NCBI GenBank assembly: GCA_000146465.1
Contig: CP001943.1
Strand: one strand, 5' to 3'
DNA: 64,000 bases
Shown: one piece after another, positions 28,292 to 37,781 of the stretch
Layout of the letters: each line of letters starts with the position of its first letter
Numbering within the stretch: the stretch's first letter is position 1
Translations under genes and position numbers: made by a program
Notes under the pieces: model-generated
What the model was told of the DNA's origin: nothing
Databases searched by the model: none
The model's input: the letters and a program-made list of their open reading frames with translations, nothing else

Positions 28292-30418
28292 ATGGATTCC
28301 GATCAACAGTCCTCTGCATTTTCGTTCTATGATGCTAGTCAGGAGAATCTGTTGAATTTTACGCCTTCGCAAGGAGACCTCAGTTCTACTATCCTTCCTA
28401 TAGTGGAGACAGAGAGAGTAAAGGTGATCTGGGGTACTACGATAAACATCCAAGAGACATCCGAGCGGTTCAAGGAGTTTATTAGAAAGAATAGAGACTA
28501 TCATGACGTTCTTGAGCAAATGGATCTTACTCAAGAGTTTGTGTTTGATCTCAATTGTGAAGATCTTGATCCAGATCTTCGAAGTCAGCTTGCAACATAT
28601 CCTCAGGAGATGCTTCCGATTCTCCAGGGATCATTACAGGAAATATATGTGGAGAACTTTCCAAGCTTCAATGGGACCATCAGAATCAGACCCTTTGGAA
28701 TAGGAAAGGCTCTCTCAATAAGAAACATCAATCCAAATGATATCGACAGGATTGTGCAGATTACGGGAATGGTCATCAGGTCGTCGTCTGTGATTCCCGA
28801 GATTGTAAGGGCTTTTTTCCGATGCTCAAAGTGCATGGATGAGTGTTTTGTAGAAAGCATAAGGAATGTGATTGAGGAGCCAAGCAAGTGCAAGTGTGGA
28901 GGGAAGTATTCTCAGCAGTTAGTTCACAATTCAAGTGAATTTGAAGACAAGCAGATATCCAGGATACAAGAACTCCCTGAGGGTATTCCTGATGGAACAA
29001 CACCCATGGCTATGACAATAGTCTGCAGAAACGAGTTTGTTGACGGGCTTGTTCCAGGAGATAGAGTTAAGGTGATAGGAATTTTGAAAGCAACACCGGT
29101 GAGACTCAACCCTGTGATGAAGAAAATCAAGAGTACATTCAGGACTTATCTCGATCTTCTCAGCTACGAGGTAATGAATAAGAAGGTCAAGGAACGGGAT
29201 CCCATTTACAAGATTGATGAGCTTCGAAAAAACCCTAAAGTATATGAGGTGTTGGCGAATTCTATAGCACCCTCTGTGTGTGGAATGGAAGACACAAAGA
29301 AGGCGTTGCTCCTTCAACTATTTGGAGGAGTTCGAAAAGAATTGGGCAGTTCAAGGCTTAGAGGAGACATAAATATACTTCTTGCAGGGGATCCAGGAAT
29401 ATCGAAATCACAGCTACTGAGCTTTATACATAGAACGTCTGAAAGAGGGATGTACACCAGTGGAAGAGGATCAAGTGCAGTTGGACTGACGGCTAGTGTG
29501 GCTAAGGATCCAGATAGTGGGCAATTTATCCTGGAGTCTGGGGCTCTTGTCTTATCTGATAACGGAGTGTGTTGTATCGATGAATTCGACAAGATGAGCG
29601 ATAGCACAAGAAGTGTATTGCATGAGGTAATGGAGCAGCAGACGGTGTCGGTTGCAAAGGCGGGAATTATAACCACATTAAATGCAAGATGTTCCATTCT
29701 TGCAAGCTGCAATCCTATTGAAAGCAAGTACAATCCTCGGAAAAGCATAATTGAAAACATCAATCTTCCTCCCACCTTGCTAAGCAGATTTGATGTTGTG
29801 TGTTTGTTAATAGATAGATCTGATGAATTCCAGGACAGAACCATAGGAGACCATATTGTGTCTCTATATTCCGAGGAGAGGGGAAAAACGGAATGTGTTG
29901 ATGCCGACCTTCTTAAGGCATATGTGAAGGAAGCAAGGAAGATAGTTCCACGATTGACGGCCGAAAGTATGAGGTTGCTGACGCAAGCATATGTGGATCT
30001 TAGGCAAATGGACAATGGAAAAACAATAACCGCAACAACAAGACAATTGGAAAGTTTAATCCGCCTGAGTGAGGCACATGCAAGGATGAGGTTTTCAAGC
30101 ACTGTCGAGGCAAAGGATGTTAAAGAGGCAGTGAGAATAATAAGAGAAAGCCTTCTTATGTATGCGATTGATCCATCTACTGGAAAGGTAGATATGGATA
30201 TGATAATTACAGGAAGAAGTACATTTAGAAACAAGATGCTGGAGAGCCTGAAGGATGCAATCCTTCTAATGATGCGAGACCGAATCGAGGTCTCTGAAAT
30301 AGTTAGGAAGACAGGTGCAAATGAAAAGATGGTGAAAGAGGCCCTAGAGGAGCTTGCACAGGAAGATAAAATAATGACTTCTGGACACGAGTCTTGTTAC
30401 GAAAGGATAAGAGACTAG
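28292..30418 (+). CDS. MCM4: MCM2-7 family replicative helicase subunit, most like MCM4
   Basis: MCM box IDEFDKMSDSTRSVLHEVMEQQTVSVAKAGIITTLNARCSILASCNP, arginine finger SRFDVV and a C4 zinc finger (CSKCMDEC...CKCG). The N-terminal KVIWGTTINIQETSERFKEF resembles the MCM4-specific VIWGTDVNV block. Confidence 0.75.
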   Translation: MDSDQQSSAFSFYDASQENLLNFTPSQGDLSSTILPIVETERVKVIWGTTINIQETSERFKEFIRKNRDYHDVLEQMDLTQEFVFDLNCEDLDPDLRSQLATYPQEMLPILQGSLQEIYVENFPSFNGTIRIRPFGIGKALSIRNINPNDIDRIVQITGMVIRSSSVIPEIVRAFFRCSKCMDECFVESIRNVIEEPSKCKCGGKYSQQLVHNSSEFEDKQISRIQELPEGIPDGTTPMAMTIVCRNEFVDGLVPGDRVKVIGILKATPVRLNPVMKKIKSTFRTYLDLLSYEVMNKKVKERDPIYKIDELRKNPKVYEVLANSIAPSVCGMEDTKKALLLQLFGGVRKELGSSRLRGDINILLAGDPGISKSQLLSFIHRTSERGMYTSGRGSSAVGLTASVAKDPDSGQFILESGALVLSDNGVCCIDEFDKMSDSTRSVLHEVMEQQTVSVAKAGIITTLNARCSILASCNPIESKYNPRKSIIENINLPPTLLSRFDVVCLLIDRSDEFQDRTIGDHIVSLYSEERGKTECVDADLLKAYVKEARKIVPRLTAESMRLLTQAYVDLRQMDNGKTITATTRQLESLIRLSEAHARMRFSSTVEAKDVKEAVRIIRESLLMYAIDPSTGKVDMDMIITGRSTFRNKMLESLKDAILLMMRDRIEVSEIVRKTGANEKMVKEALEELAQEDKIMTSGHESCYERIRD

Positions 30419-30475
30419 AATGGGTTTGCAAGGGACTAGTCTTCCTCCTAGGTTTGATTTAAATAAAATGGTGTC

Positions 30476-31087
30476 TTAATCTACTTCCTTCTGGATTTTG
30501 TTATGGAAATACCACCAGTAGTAAAACTTTTCCCAATCGGTAAGGCGTCTACCCGAATCTCCCTTACTTCCCTTCATTGCCTGGAGCTGAGACGACTTTA
30601 GTTTGCAGCTGCCAAAGAGTATGGAGTCTTCTATTAAATTTTCGATAACGGCACTTGCATTCATTAAGTTTTCCTGTGTATCTGCACTTATATAACAATG
30701 CAAGGGTTCGGCATATTTGTCCTTGTAGGATCCTCTTATGTATATCCTGGCTTTTGTAATCCTTTCAAGCTGCCTTTGGGTGGATCCTTTTGGACCTATT
30801 ATCAAGCCCACAAAATTGCTTTCGGGGAATTCCTGGACAGGAATGTAGATTTTATTTGTATACATATTTCCAGATATCGAAACATTTCCCTGTATTTGGA
30901 GGCCTAGAATCTGTTGTTTTCTTGATTTCAGCCATTGGACCAGTTGTTGATTGTTGGATGCAACTGCATTTCTAAGGCGTCTATCTATTTCCTCAGAACG
31001 CATGGAACAGAGCAGTTTCTTCAACTCGGATTTACTTTTTACATCTTTTGGGAATGGGACCTTCTCTGGGTGTCGGAACAGCTCCAT
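30476..31087 (-). CDS. MSL5: branchpoint-binding protein SF1/BBP (KH-QUA2)
   Basis: NKIYIPVQEFPESNFVGLIIGPKGSTQRQLERITKARIYIRGS is the SF1 KH-QUA2 core. The ORF-track start at 31213 is a TTG; the first ATG is at 31087. Confidence 0.7.
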   Translation of the reverse strand: MELFRHPEKVPFPKDVKSKSELKKLLCSMRSEEIDRRLRNAVASNNQQLVQWLKSRKQQILGLQIQGNVSISGNMYTNKIYIPVQEFPESNFVGLIIGPKGSTQRQLERITKARIYIRGSYKDKYAEPLHCYISADTQENLMNASAVIENLIEDSILFGSCKLKSSQLQAMKGSKGDSGRRLTDWEKFYYWWYFHNKIQKEVD

Positions 31088-31126
31088 CAGATGGTCTACC
31101 AAAAAAATGCAAATTTTTCCTCCCCG

Positions 31127-31750
31127 ATGGCAAGTATTCCTAAGTCGAACGAAGTAATCTTTGTAAAGAATTATTATAGCATGCTCTGCAACAGGCCATC
31201 GGTCATCCACCAATACTACATGAAGGATTCTCAGCTAACAATCTCCAAGGAGGCGAGCAAGCCCGAAATATGCACCGAGGACTTTGGGAAATACATCAAA
31301 TCGAAGATATCCAGCCCAGTTTCCAAAGTATTCATATCTCACCTGTCTTTTCAAAAGATAGACAACCTGAAATCGGCTATAAGTGTCATCGGGCAATTTG
31401 TTTACAACGACTCGTCGCAAGTGAGAATATCTCATCAGTTCATTGTCTCGAGGATAGATTCTGTTCTATACATCAAGAACGAGATTCTGACGTTCCTAGA
31501 CGAAGAGATTGCTTATGATCTGGACCATGATGCCAAGAAGGTTGTGGTTGTTGAATATGGAAAGAACGAAATGTTACAGGCCATCAATGCTATTTCTGAG
31601 TTTGGAAAGATTAAATCTATGAAGTCTGAGGACGATGGCAAGGTTGTCATGACATTCGACAGTATAGAGGATGTGGAGAATATCAAGAAGAATGTTCCAA
31701 AGATAGTCTCGCAGGGATATAAGTTGGAGTTTGATGGGCTGAAAGTGTGA
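31127..31750 (+). CDS. NTF2-like domain plus RRM-like protein (G3BP/Bre5-like)
   Basis: The N-terminal EVIFVKNYYSMLCNRPSVIHQYYMKDSQLTISKE resembles the NTF2 fold start (FVRQYYTLLNQAPDMLHRFY). The C-terminal VVVVEYGKNEMLQAINAISEFGKIKSMK...VVMTFDSIEDVE is RRM-like. The ORF-track start at 30935 is a TTG; ATGs lie at 31091 and 31127. Confidence 0.5.
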   Translation: MASIPKSNEVIFVKNYYSMLCNRPSVIHQYYMKDSQLTISKEASKPEICTEDFGKYIKSKISSPVSKVFISHLSFQKIDNLKSAISVIGQFVYNDSSQVRISHQFIVSRIDSVLYIKNEILTFLDEEIAYDLDHDAKKVVVVEYGKNEMLQAINAISEFGKIKSMKSEDDGKVVMTFDSIEDVENIKKNVPKIVSQGYKLEFDGLKV

Positions 31751-31851
31751 GGAATCAAAGAACTTTTTGAAATAAATTCTTATGGGCATTTTGTTTTGCA
31801 TGGTTCTTTGCAAATGATGTTTCTTGTCTAATAAAGGCCCTACAAAGGATA

Positions 31852-32451
31852 ATGGAAGAAGAAGGAAAACTGGCAGAGAGATTTGTAAAGGCGTATAATA
31901 GACGTGTAGAGTTGTACAGACAGAGATATGCTCTGGAAGATTCTATAAATGCAAAGCTTGTCGACCAGTGTGCATTGAAAAAAGCAATAGAAATGAATAA
32001 AGAGCTAGACAAAAAGGATCAGCCAAGACCACCTGACCAGGGAACAATGTTTGGGACTGGAATGCACAGATTGTCTCTTGTTGACATAGGTAGACTTCCT
32101 ACAGAGAATCTGGACATGTTCCATACCGAAACAGCAATCTACCCTGTAGGATATATGTGCAGAAAGAAGTATAAGAAGCACGACGCTTATAAAAAGAAGG
32201 CAAAAGACAGGATCCTGTATATATGTAGTGTGGATCCTCAAAAGGGTCCGATAATAACTGCCGATGACGGAAGGAAATGGTACGGGCCAAGTATGTGGAA
32301 AGATTTTGTAGAGAGCATCGAAGGAGGGACAGAATACAAAAGTGTTGAAGAATTTTTTGGGCTAGGAAATTCTGCGCTTGCCAGAAAAATTGAATCTCTT
32401 GGAGACTTATCTGCTTTCAAAAAGTATATTCCGTTGAACAAAAGATCTTAA
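31852..32451 (+). CDS. FYR-domain protein (FYRN+FYRC, TBRG1-like)
   Basis: MFHTETAIYPVGYMCRKKY...ILYICSVDPQKGPIITADDGRKWYGPSMWKDF fits the F/Y-rich N and C modules. Confidence 0.5.
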   Translation: MEEEGKLAERFVKAYNRRVELYRQRYALEDSINAKLVDQCALKKAIEMNKELDKKDQPRPPDQGTMFGTGMHRLSLVDIGRLPTENLDMFHTETAIYPVGYMCRKKYKKHDAYKKKAKDRILYICSVDPQKGPIITADDGRKWYGPSMWKDFVESIEGGTEYKSVEEFFGLGNSALARKIESLGDLSAFKKYIPLNKRS

Positions 32452-32520
32452 ATATGGTGTTTTCTGATTTCAAATTAAAAGAATTTATTGAAGTGGTAAA
32501 AACCAGATTGCTTTTTATTT

Positions 32521-33054
32521 TTAGAAGACAATCTTAAGAAGCACGAAAACTCCAACCAGAGAGAATAAAAGTAGCAGAATCGATTGGATAATCTTGGCTT
32601 TCCAAAGCTTTCTTCTTCTAGTAATACTCAGCTGCTCGTTGACGAGCATTCCATACTGCTCACCTTCTTCAAGATGTTCCATAACATTATCAATGGGAAA
32701 TCTGGCGTCGTTGATTGCATAGTTTATGTAGTTCGAGACAGCGACAACCTCTTGAACACTTCTAGTAATCTCATCTATCGAGCTCTTCCGACTCAGTGCC
32801 TCCATATGCATTTTACATGCAGATATCTCATTATCTAGTTCTTTATAGGGACTTGAAATGCATTTGTATCTATTCTTCAGTTCGTTATAGCGTTTCACAA
32901 GCCTTGGAGGCTGCTGTCCACATTCAACAAGACGATCACAAATCTGAAACATAGCAGGCAGCTTGGACTCGTCCTCTCTGTGAGTACCTCTCTCCAATTC
33001 CTTGATGCTGTTATCCAGCATGTCTATCCTCCTGGAAAAGGTCATTTCATTCAT
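32521..33054 (-). CDS. tail-anchored SNARE, Qb-like (Bos1/Vti1/Gos1 class)
   Basis: Heptad SNARE-like segment ITRSVQEVVAVSNYINYAINDARFPIDNVMEHLEEGEQYGMLVNEQLSITRRR followed by a C-terminal TM (IIQSILLLLFSLVGVFVLLKIVF). Confidence 0.45.
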   Translation of the reverse strand: MNEMTFSRRIDMLDNSIKELERGTHREDESKLPAMFQICDRLVECGQQPPRLVKRYNELKNRYKCISSPYKELDNEISACKMHMEALSRKSSIDEITRSVQEVVAVSNYINYAINDARFPIDNVMEHLEEGEQYGMLVNEQLSITRRRKLWKAKIIQSILLLLFSLVGVFVLLKIVF

Positions 33055-33157
33055 CTAGAGACTTGTTTATCCTGTCTTACCTCCAGATGAGTTTGATGAT
33101 CTTTGTTACAGATTGGTAGATCATAAACCTATATTCAATTTCAGTCAAGTAATTCGC

Positions 33158-33550
33158 TCACTCCAGCCCGAATCTTGACATGACACGTTTCTCCATTTCA
33201 ACAATATCTGCTAGGATTGGAAGAGGTATGTCCATGGAGTTGTGCTCTTCGGGTTCCATGAGAAGGAGAATTCCTTTCATGTGTCCTTTTTTCCTTATAG
33301 CCTGTCTTGTGTTCTGAAACCATTTTTGAATGGACTTTGGATGGACATTGATAAGCAATGCCAAGTCAATAATTGTTTTTGACGAAGGAAACTTCGATAT
33401 CTCGAATATTCTATTCAGAACACATGTTTGCAGTCTTGTCTTTCTCATTTGCTTTCCAGCGCAGTATCTATTCATCTGGAATCCACTCAGCTTCAGCAGC
33501 CCAAGTGCTGCTTCTAGCTCTCTTACGTTTTTGGTTTTTTCACTAGCCAT
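33158..33550 (-). CDS. homeodomain transcription factor
   Basis: RKTRLQTCVLNRIFEISKFPSSKTIIDLALLINVHPKSIQKWFQNTRQAIRKKG is a 60-aa homeodomain with the WFQNxR recognition helix. Confidence 0.75.
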   Translation of the reverse strand: MASEKTKNVRELEAALGLLKLSGFQMNRYCAGKQMRKTRLQTCVLNRIFEISKFPSSKTIIDLALLINVHPKSIQKWFQNTRQAIRKKGHMKGILLLMEPEEHNSMDIPLPILADIVEMEKRVMSRFGLE

Positions 33551-33929
33551 TTTTAGGAAGTGAGCTGAGTTTCTTTAAAACAAGTTGACGTCTGTTCACT
33601 CACTGATATATTAAATTATTCTTGAATGTCATGTATTGTAATGCATCTTAAATTGCTTGTTTTTACAAAATTTGAACTCTAATTAATAACTCTATTGGTC
33701 TTAATTTAAAACGAACAGAAGTTAATCATCTCCAGGTCTTAAAAGGCCATATTGGCAATAGGATAGGCTCTTTAGGCCTGGCTCCCACTGAAACATTCCT
33801 CTCTAAAGACATTCTATGCCTCTGTTTTATTAAAATATCCTCTTCTATGCCCCTCAAGTCTTCCGTATTCATAAGCTGTGCAATAAATGTTGGAAGAAAT
33901 CTAAAGTGTTCGAAAAACATAGAACAATT

Positions 33930-35858
33930 TTAATTGGCTGTTCTTTTTTGCTTAGTAAAGGGCAATAGATTAAATACCAAAAATCCATCGCAGTAATAAA
34001 AACCATTTCGCTCAAATTGAATCACATCTCCTTCCTTAATGTCCACAACGGCAGATTCAGCATACCAATACTCCTTTTGGATGGAATCCGTGTTGAATCT
34101 CGCTGCCAGATCCTCGTCGTCCCCGTCAGTCATCAGACTTCCATATTCAATAAGCTCCACAACTACAGATCCCCTCTTGGAAACCCACGATATTTTGTTC
34201 TTTGTCTGCTTGAAATCACCTTCTGGATTAAGAATGATTTCCATCTTAGTCACAATTCCGTCCTGGACACTTTTACTTCGAACAATCGCATTTCCCCAGT
34301 TCATCAATGTAAATTCTTCATTTTCTTGGAGTATTTGCCCATCTTCTTGAGAAAGAAGTATTAAACTTGAGTAGAAGACCTCCTTTGTCCCGATGTCTCC
34401 ATTCTTCTTGTGCCTTGGAACACTCATCATATATTCCGATGTATTTTTAACAGACACTTCTACAACATTTCTTTGCTGAACGCAGAAATATCTTGGTGCC
34501 ACAGGATCAACTCTTTTTTTGTTCATTGCCCAGACCTTGTCCCAAGATATGGTACAGGTCTTTTGAGAAACTCCCTGCATCAGTATATATTCTCTGAGAA
34601 CTTCCATGTTCATCCCAAGCCTCCTTATTCCCGCAACTGTTGCTAGCCTTGGATCATCCCATCCCGACACAAATCCGTTATCGACGTAGTACTTAAGCTT
34701 TCTTTTACTAAGAACGGTATTCTCGAAGTTGAGTCTCGAGAAGTCATGAATTTTAGGCCTATTACTTAATTGAAGATTCTCTATGAACCAGTAGTATTGA
34801 GGATTTCTATCTCTATATTCATTAGCACGAAGTGACAATGTAACCCCCTCCAGACTGTCGACAATGGGACATGAAAAGTCATAAGTGGGATAAACTTTGT
34901 ACTTGTCGCCCGTTCTATGATGAGGAGATTTGTTCATTCTGAAAATAACAGGATCTCTCATGGCCTTGTTGCAGTTGGACATGTCTATCTTTGCTCTCAG
35001 ACAATATCCGGAGGCTTCCCCGCTGATCATTTCCTCAAATATCCTTTTGCTTTCCTCTGTACTCATATTCCTGCATTTGGACTCAATACCCTTTCCTCTT
35101 TCATCCCTCATTTCTTCCTGTGGCGTGTTATCTGCATATGCCTTACCCTCATCTATCAAGAAAAAGGCCAAATCTATTATCTTTTCAAAGTAGTCACTGG
35201 TGTGGGAAAGAGTGTATTCTCTGATTCCCAGAAGATCGAGATCCTTTAGAATTCCCTTCTCAAACCTTTCTTCCTCCTTCTCGGGGTTTGTATCATCAAA
35301 CCTAACCAGCAGACGTCCATTCCCTTTGCTGGAAAAATACCAATTCAAAAGTGCTGCTCTTGCATGTCCAATATGGAGGCGGCCGTTAGGCTCTGGGGGA
35401 AATCTGGTTATAACATTTTCCGACGGCCCATCTATTTCAAGGTTCCCTTGCTCTTTCTTAAAACTTGTGTTAAACTCCTTAAGCAGGTTCTTGTTAGCCT
35501 TGAATTGCTCCGAATACATCTCACAGACATTCGGAAACTTCTCCATTTCCTTCTTGTCTTTTATGAGCTTGGTAAGTGTCGAATTTATATTGATCATTCC
35601 AAAAAGAATGTCCCTCAGCTCGTCAGAGTCAATGCAGCTTATAAAGGAGTTGAGCGAAAGTAGAAAATTCACTCCTTCTTCTCGATTCGGATTTATGGTG
35701 TAGGAATCAAGAACATCCATAAGACCGGCCGGGAAAATTTCCTTAGATATTTTTCCCAGTGCATTGGAATACACTGGAGGATCCTCTGGCTTTGTGCCAT
35801 ATTTCTTTAGCAGGATGTAATTGATAAGCTCCTCTTTGAACTCGCCTTTTCTATTCAT
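33930..35858 (-). CDS. GUS1: glutamyl-tRNA synthetase (class I, eukaryotic GluRS type)
   Basis: RFPPEPNGRLHIGHARAALLNWYF...LLVRFDDTNPEKEE...ILKDLDLLGI follows yeast GluRS (HIGHAKAALLNQYF, RFDDTNPSKEK, ILEDLDLLGI) rather than GlnRS. The KMSKS-equivalent is VLSKRKLKYYV. Confidence 0.8.
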   Translation of the reverse strand: MNRKGEFKEELINYILLKKYGTKPEDPPVYSNALGKISKEIFPAGLMDVLDSYTINPNREEGVNFLLSLNSFISCIDSDELRDILFGMININSTLTKLIKDKKEMEKFPNVCEMYSEQFKANKNLLKEFNTSFKKEQGNLEIDGPSENVITRFPPEPNGRLHIGHARAALLNWYFSSKGNGRLLVRFDDTNPEKEEERFEKGILKDLDLLGIREYTLSHTSDYFEKIIDLAFFLIDEGKAYADNTPQEEMRDERGKGIESKCRNMSTEESKRIFEEMISGEASGYCLRAKIDMSNCNKAMRDPVIFRMNKSPHHRTGDKYKVYPTYDFSCPIVDSLEGVTLSLRANEYRDRNPQYYWFIENLQLSNRPKIHDFSRLNFENTVLSKRKLKYYVDNGFVSGWDDPRLATVAGIRRLGMNMEVLREYILMQGVSQKTCTISWDKVWAMNKKRVDPVAPRYFCVQQRNVVEVSVKNTSEYMMSVPRHKKNGDIGTKEVFYSSLILLSQEDGQILQENEEFTLMNWGNAIVRSKSVQDGIVTKMEIILNPEGDFKQTKNKISWVSKRGSVVVELIEYGSLMTDGDDEDLAARFNTDSIQKEYWYAESAVVDIKEGDVIQFERNGFYYCDGFLVFNLLPFTKQKRTAN

Positions 35859-35945
35859 TTTGTTTAATGGGCCAAAATATTATCTGCCTATTCGTTGAGT
35901 GGCTGGCCGCAATACTACTAGAGGTATTCCAAGTCTTATACAAAG

Positions 35946-35950
35946 CCCCC
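35946..35950 (+). promoter_or_regulatory. C-run (CCCCC-GGG) immediately 5' of the Lig1 ATG; an example of the recurrent CCC-like start-proximal motif
   Basis: caaagCCCCCgggATG. See the window-wide finding. Confidence 0.4.
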
Positions 35951-35953
35951 GGG

Positions 35954-37723
35954 ATGAGCAAAATTTTGTTTGTAGATTTCTGTACGGTATTGGAGAGAAT
36001 AAACCAGACCACTAAGCGCTTGGAGATCCAATCAATACTTACGGATTACCTGAAGGATGTGCATAAAATCGATCCTCCTTCTTTGGCTCCAGTTCTGTAC
36101 CTGTTTACAGCAACAGTGTATCCAGAATACTTCAATAAGGAACTGGGAGTGGGAGAGAATACTTTAATAAATGTTGTTGCTGAGCTCACAGGAAAGTCTG
36201 CCAAAAATGTTAAAAAGGAATATTCAAAGGAAGGAGATCTGGGGACTATAGCAATGAAGTGTAGAGTATCGCAATTGTTTGTGTTGAAGACACAGCTGGA
36301 AGTAATGGATGTGTTTCTTGGAATGAGAAAGGTGGCAAACGAGGGGGGACAGAAATCCTCTGCATCCAAGAAGAGAATCATCCTCGGAATGATGGTTAAA
36401 TGCTCTCCATTAGAGTCGAAATATCTGATAAGGTTAATTGAGGGAAGACTTAAAGTAGGACTGGCACTTAAAACTGTACTGATAAGTCTTGCAAATGCTT
36501 TTTCTAGTGACAAGGCCGACGAAGTCAAGGCAGCTTTCAATAGACAACCGGACATAGGGAGATTGGCCGAATGTATTCTTGAATACGGAGTAGAAGGGCT
36601 TCCAACCAAGTTCCAGGTTTCTCCGGGAGTTCCTCTGAAGCCCATGTTGGCAAATCCTTCAAAAGACCTGACATCAGCTTTCAAAAAGGTTGAAAACAAG
36701 AACTTTACTTGCGAGTACAAATACGATGGAGAAAGGATCCAGATCCATAAGTTCGGAAATAGGATAGAAACTTTTAGTAGAAATTCCGAGAAGACCACAG
36801 AAAAGTATCCGGATTTAATGGATCTCTACAATATATCGGATAGAGATTTCATTATTGACGGAGAGATTGTTGCATATGATAGAAAAGAGAGAAAAATTCT
36901 TCCGTTCCAAATACTAACAACAAGAAAGAGAAAAAGGGTGGAGAGCAGTAAAATAGATGTTCAGGTGTGTGTTTTTGGATTTGATCTAATATACTTTGAT
37001 GGGAAAACTTATATTGACGAGCCATTTGAAGAAAGGAGGAAGATTTTGCACAGCTCATTCAAGGAGATGGACGGGAAGTTTCAGTTTACAGAGTTTAAAG
37101 ATTGCGAGACTCCAGAAGAGTCCGAGATGTTCTTTAATGAGTCTGTCGAAAAGGGCTTTGAGGGGATGATGATAAAGATATTAGGGTCGGATGCAACCTA
37201 TCTTCCATCACAGAGAAGTAACAAATGGATAAAGATAAAGAAGGATTACCTTGAGGGAATGTCGGATTCGTTGGATCTGGTTGTGATGGGAGCATATTAT
37301 GGAAAGGGAAAGAGAGCTGGATTCTATGGAGGATTCCTACTTGGAGTCTACAATGACGAAGAAGAGAAGTTTGAGGCATTGTGCAAGATAGGGACGGGAT
37401 TTGATGACAATATTCTATCGAGGCTTTATGAACAGCTAAGTAGTAATCTGTGCAGTGCACCAAAGAACTACTCATACAAGGAGTCTGTTAAGCCGGATGT
37501 GTGGGTAGAAGCCAAATATGTGTGGGAGGTCAAGGCAGCCGGACTTTCTCTGTCGCCCATATACAATGCTGGGGGTAATAGAAATGAAAAGGGAATATCG
37601 CTAAGGTTCCCCAGGTTCTTAAGAGAAAGAGAGGATAAAGATGTGAAAGAAGTGACCACATCTTCCCAGATTTATCAGATGTACTTAGACTCTAAGGTTG
37701 AGAATTCCGAAGAGTTCTACTAA
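35954..37723 (+). CDS. CDC9: ATP-dependent DNA ligase I
   Basis: Adenylation motif I CEYKYDGERIQIH, then the OB-fold and conserved motifs (EGMMIK, DLVVMGAYYGKGKR). I chose the ATG at 35954 (MSKILFVDF...) because CCCCCGGG immediately precedes it. An in-frame ATG at 35867 lies only 8 nt from the divergent GluRS ATG. Confidence 0.85.
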   Translation: MSKILFVDFCTVLERINQTTKRLEIQSILTDYLKDVHKIDPPSLAPVLYLFTATVYPEYFNKELGVGENTLINVVAELTGKSAKNVKKEYSKEGDLGTIAMKCRVSQLFVLKTQLEVMDVFLGMRKVANEGGQKSSASKKRIILGMMVKCSPLESKYLIRLIEGRLKVGLALKTVLISLANAFSSDKADEVKAAFNRQPDIGRLAECILEYGVEGLPTKFQVSPGVPLKPMLANPSKDLTSAFKKVENKNFTCEYKYDGERIQIHKFGNRIETFSRNSEKTTEKYPDLMDLYNISDRDFIIDGEIVAYDRKERKILPFQILTTRKRKRVESSKIDVQVCVFGFDLIYFDGKTYIDEPFEERRKILHSSFKEMDGKFQFTEFKDCETPEESEMFFNESVEKGFEGMMIKILGSDATYLPSQRSNKWIKIKKDYLEGMSDSLDLVVMGAYYGKGKRAGFYGGFLLGVYNDEEEKFEALCKIGTGFDDNILSRLYEQLSSNLCSAPKNYSYKESVKPDVWVEAKYVWEVKAAGLSLSPIYNAGGNRNEKGISLRFPRFLREREDKDVKEVTTSSQIYQMYLDSKVENSEEFY

Positions 37724-37781
37724 TCAATTGGTGTAATATGTTTTCAAAAATTTTTAAGTTTGTGTTTTAGTTTTCACCCCA

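Noticed and set aside
29314-30234. Long antisense ORFs inside conserved genes: 306 aa opposite MCM4 (29314-30234), 250 aa opposite Lig1 (36046-36798), 168 aa opposite the HEAT protein (18456-18962), and many shorter ones listed in the track.
   Set aside because: The S/L-rich low-complexity translations are typical of the reverse strand of a well-conserved coding region. The sense strand gives a full-length match to a known protein family.
33726-33920. 64-aa ORF in the long spacer upstream of the homeobox gene.
   Set aside because: It lacks the start-proximal motif and any recognisable similarity. I kept it only as a note within the spacer finding.
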